NCBI GenBank assembly: GCA_030390025.1
Contig: CM059431.1
Span: forward strand, 116,872,001-116,936,000
Origin: Squalus acanthias
Lineage: Eukaryota
Length of the DNA: 64,000 nt
Direction: 5' to 3'
Position 1 is the stretch's first letter, and each line of letters starts with the position of its first letter. Made by a program: the position numbers and the translations under genes. Shown here one piece after another: positions 60,964 through 64,000 of this stretch. The notes beneath the pieces are model-generated. The model was not told the origin of the DNA, made no database searches, and saw nothing but the letters and a program-made list of their open reading frames with translations.

Positions 60964-61843
60964 GGGGGAGAAATTCGGTTGGTTAGCGCTTCCCGTTAGC
61001 GCCTGGCGGGGGGCGCTAACGGGGCGCCAATGAAGTAGCACCAGGACGAGGCGAATCCAGTGCCGCACGCCAAATCCAGTCGCCCCCTTAGCGCTGCCGC
61101 TAACAGTTAGCGCCTGGGGCTTTAGCACCAGGCAGATCGTGACATCAGTGAGAGCGCAACGCTCACTCAGAGCCCGATATGCCAAATTGATTATCGCCCC
61201 CTGCCTTAGCATCTCGCCCCAACAACAACAGGAAGAAGCTGAAGCATTGACTCACCCTGACCACCTGAGTGAGGTCGTTAAATTTCTTCCTGCACTGTGT
61301 GTGGGTCCTGGGGACCACAGCGCTGCCCGAGACCTGCTGGGCTACCTCCCTCCACATGGCGCGGAAGACTTGTGGCGAGGGCCTCCTGCCACTTGCCGGG
61401 TACAGCACCGTCCTCCGTCTCTCCACAGCAAAGACCAACGCCTCCAATGCTTGGTCACAGAATCTGCGAGCTCTCTCCCTGGGCCGTTGATCTGCCATAA
61501 TGACACCTCCTTCAGTGGTCCGGTTCCTTCTCCTGGGCCTTCTGATTCTTGCTGAGACTGCTGCAGACCAGCAATGCTGAGAATGAGGTTCTGCAGCATG
61601 ATTGAACCTCCCCTTTAAGAACTGGAAAGAGCCTGTGGCAATGATGACCAGCGATTAGACTACATCTGAAATTGCTTAGCGCCACTGAGCTAGGTCATTA
61701 GCGCTTGATTTAGCGCTCACATACCTTTCTTTGAGCGATGACACTGAATTTTGCGTGCAGCGAGATTCATTAGCGCCTGGTGCTAAATCTCAAACTTTTC
61801 AGAAGTTAGCGCCCACTCCGAGGCGATAATAAACTTCGCCCCC
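60964..61843. mobile_element. Harbinger family A deletion derivative retaining only Myb exon 1
   Basis: Left TIR gggggagaaattcggt, diverged right TIR aaacttcgccccc; ttagcgcc/ggcgctaa arrays; flanks TAA/TCG mismatch. Confidence 0.85.
61163..61498 (-). CDS. Stand-alone Myb/SANT-like domain ORF (exon 1 = 61256-61498, reads through the donor to a stop)
   Basis: RFCDQALEALVFAVERRRTVLYP...MWREV...QCRKKFNDLTQVVR, homologous to 16026-16262; no stops; agg|gtgagt donor intact. Expression unknown. Confidence 0.55.
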   Translation of the reverse strand: MADQRPRERARRFCDQALEALVFAVERRRTVLYPASGRRPSPQVFRAMWREVAQQVSGSAVVPRTHTQCRKKFNDLTQVVRVSQCFSFFLLLLGRDAKAGGDNQFGISGSE

Positions 61844-62474
61844 TCGGTTTACAGAGATGTTCTCAAGCCACAATAAGCGATCACAAGAGAAAAACATCAC
61901 ATGCACTCAAAAACAAAATAAAATTATTTCACTTTTAATATACCTTGCAGTCTGTCATTCTTTTATTACAAAGAAAATAAATTGCCAGTTGCTCACAAGT
62001 AAGCAGACATGTTCAATTCTTAGAAAGAACTACCCTGAGCAGAACAGCACAAGGTTACCAAGGTCAGATCAATCCAATGATCTGACAATCATGCTTCTGT
62101 CTATTTCTCTACTATTATGAAGTAATCAATCTTGCCAAGAGTTACTTCAAACAAAGCAACTGAAGGAATCGCACTGATATGTGGATTGAAATTGTGCTCT
62201 GTCATATTGGTAGGGAACATGTTAAGGTATTTAAATCAAATTCTTCTGTCCTCTACTTTAACAGACAGGTTAACCAGAGAAAGCTTTTGTTAAAATAGGG
62301 TACAGAATATTTCATATAATTGCATTCATGGGTTTGTTACTAATATTACACAAGGCAGTTTCAACCCAATAGCGTCTTTACTTTCTGTTTGTTCTTCAAC
62401 CTTTTCAATATCTCATCCTGATGGAAAGTTGTCAACTTGGCTCAGTTAGTGTCATTTTTGCCTATGAGTAAGAA

Positions 62475-63146
62475 ACCCTAAGCTCTGGAATTCCCTTCCT
62501 AAACCTTTCCGCTTCTCTACCTCTCTCCTTCTTTAAGACTCTCCTTGGTAGCACTCTCGCCTCTGAGTCAGAAGGTTGTGGGTTCTAGTCCCATTCTAGA
62601 GACTTGAGCACAAAAATCTAGGCTGACACTCCAGTGTAGTACTGAGGGAGTCCTGCACTGCTAAAGGTACCGTCTTTCAGATGAGAAGTTAAACCTAGGC
62701 CCCGTCTGCCCTCTCAGGTGGACGTAAAAGATCCAATGGCACTATTTCGAAGAAGAGCAGCGGAGTTCTCCCCGGTGTCTTGGCCAACATTTGTCCCTCA
62801 ATCAACATCACTACAAAAACAGATTATCTGGACATTATCACCTTGCTGTTTGTGGGAGTTTGCTGTGCGCAAATTGGCTTCTGTGTTTCCTACATTACAA
62901 CAGTGACTACACTTCAAAAGTACTTCATTGGCTGTAAAGCCCTTTGGGAATTCTCAGGTCCTGAACGGCATTACCTACATGCAAGCCTTTCTTTATTCTT
63001 TCTCCTTAAAACCTAGCTGTTTGACAAAGCTTTTGGTCACCTGTCCTAATATCTCCTTAGGTGGCTCAGTGCCAGATTTTGTTTGATAATGCTCCTGTGA
63101 AGTGTCATGGGACATTTTACTACGTTAAAGGTGCTATATAAATGCA
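62475..63146 (+). mobile_element. L2-type LINE 3' end interrupted by a SINE
   Basis: PKLWNSLP...FKTLL|KT.LF motif joined across the SINE; 3' end aaaggtgctatataaatgca. Confidence 0.78.
62547..63000 (+). mobile_element. SacSINE1-like DeuSINE, slightly 5'-truncated
   Basis: Colinear with other copies; TCTCCTT TSD at 62540-62546 and 63001-63007. Confidence 0.9.
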
Positions 63147-63180
63147 CTTTTTAAATCTCATTATAACGCAAAGATAAAAA

Positions 63181-63290
63181 GGGGGTGCAATGAGTCTTCA
63201 GCAACAATGCTTCGCCAGCCCGTTTTAGATCCCATCCTATTTTCATTCCCATTGACTTTTTTGGTGCTATCAAAGATAAATTTCACCCCC
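63181..63290. mobile_element. 110-bp Harbinger-type mini-MITE
   Basis: gggggtgcaat / atttcaccccc ends with AAA on both sides. Confidence 0.6.
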
Positions 63291-64000
63291 AAATTTTTAA
63301 ATAGGCATCCCTATATTGATTCTCACAACGTCAGATGGAGTTTTATTTCAATGAAGGACTTGCTTAATGCCACTTTGACTAAGACAGGCTAGTAATTGTT
63401 TTAAAATCTATATTATTCACCGCATAATTTTGTAGTAATCAATTGCAATGACAATATCACAGAGTAGAATTTACAAATTAGCACTCCCAGCACTGAGTTT
63501 TGTGTGAAGGGAGCACATATAGGGAATTCAGGGAGGTCAGAGCATCCTGCACGATTTTACGGAATGATGGTGAATTGCAGACTTCCCGCTTGAATTCCTG
63601 AGAGGCACTCCCATTCATAAAATTACCACAATTGTTAGTGCTGAATTATGGACATTATCAGGCATCAGTGACATGGGATACAACAGGGGTTTGCATCCAT
63701 ATTGACACTTGTTGGTGACATTATAGACCAAAAACAAACACAACTCACACATCATACTCAAAAATACATGTCAAAAATAGCTGAAAAGTGATTTTGAGGT
63801 AGCAATTAAACCGTGGAATTATAACTTGCTCAAACTTGGCTCTTGTGATTTATGCTGTAGGTTTTAAAACTAGGGTCTCCGCTCCCCAGTGAGTCCATGA
63901 AAGGATCCCAGAGGGTACTTGAGGTCATCAGATGTCTGTCTCTTCATGGTAAGATGTCTGTATTTTTCTCTTTTTTGTTAACTGATAAGTGCATTATTTC

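Noticed and set aside
1..64000. Prokaryotic systems (CRISPR array, retron, DGR) or an endogenous virus
   Set aside because: No regularly spaced repeat-spacer array or viral ORFs; all RTs are non-LTR type and the context is vertebrate with spliceosomal introns.

Overview
Eukaryotic, almost certainly cartilaginous-fish (shark/ray) genomic DNA, judged from HE1-type V-SINE and SacSINE1-type DeuSINE copies. No host protein-coding gene could be supported; the window is a nested pile of transposable elements. (1) A young full-length CR1 LINE (805-5387) with open ORF1 (zinc finger/coiled coil/SGNH esterase) and open ORF2 (APE endonuclease + RT), plus many truncated CR1, L2 and other LINE copies. (2) At least two PIF/Harbinger DNA-transposon families with convergent Myb/SANT-partner and DDE-transposase genes: one near-intact copy (15665-19765), several decayed or deleted copies and many MITEs. 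(3) tRNA-derived SINEs. (4) A Penelope-type terminal palindrome containing a minimal hammerhead ribozyme. Most notable: a U_UUA_AAC -1 frameshift heptamer exactly at the CR1 ORF1/ORF2 junction, splice-site-bounded tandem monomers in the CR1 5' UTR, a palindromic target preference shared by 11 Harbinger insertions, MITEs with covarying hairpins and conserved U1-type sites, and a Myb-only Harbinger derivative. Family names come from recalled motifs, not database searches; boundaries of old copies are approximate.
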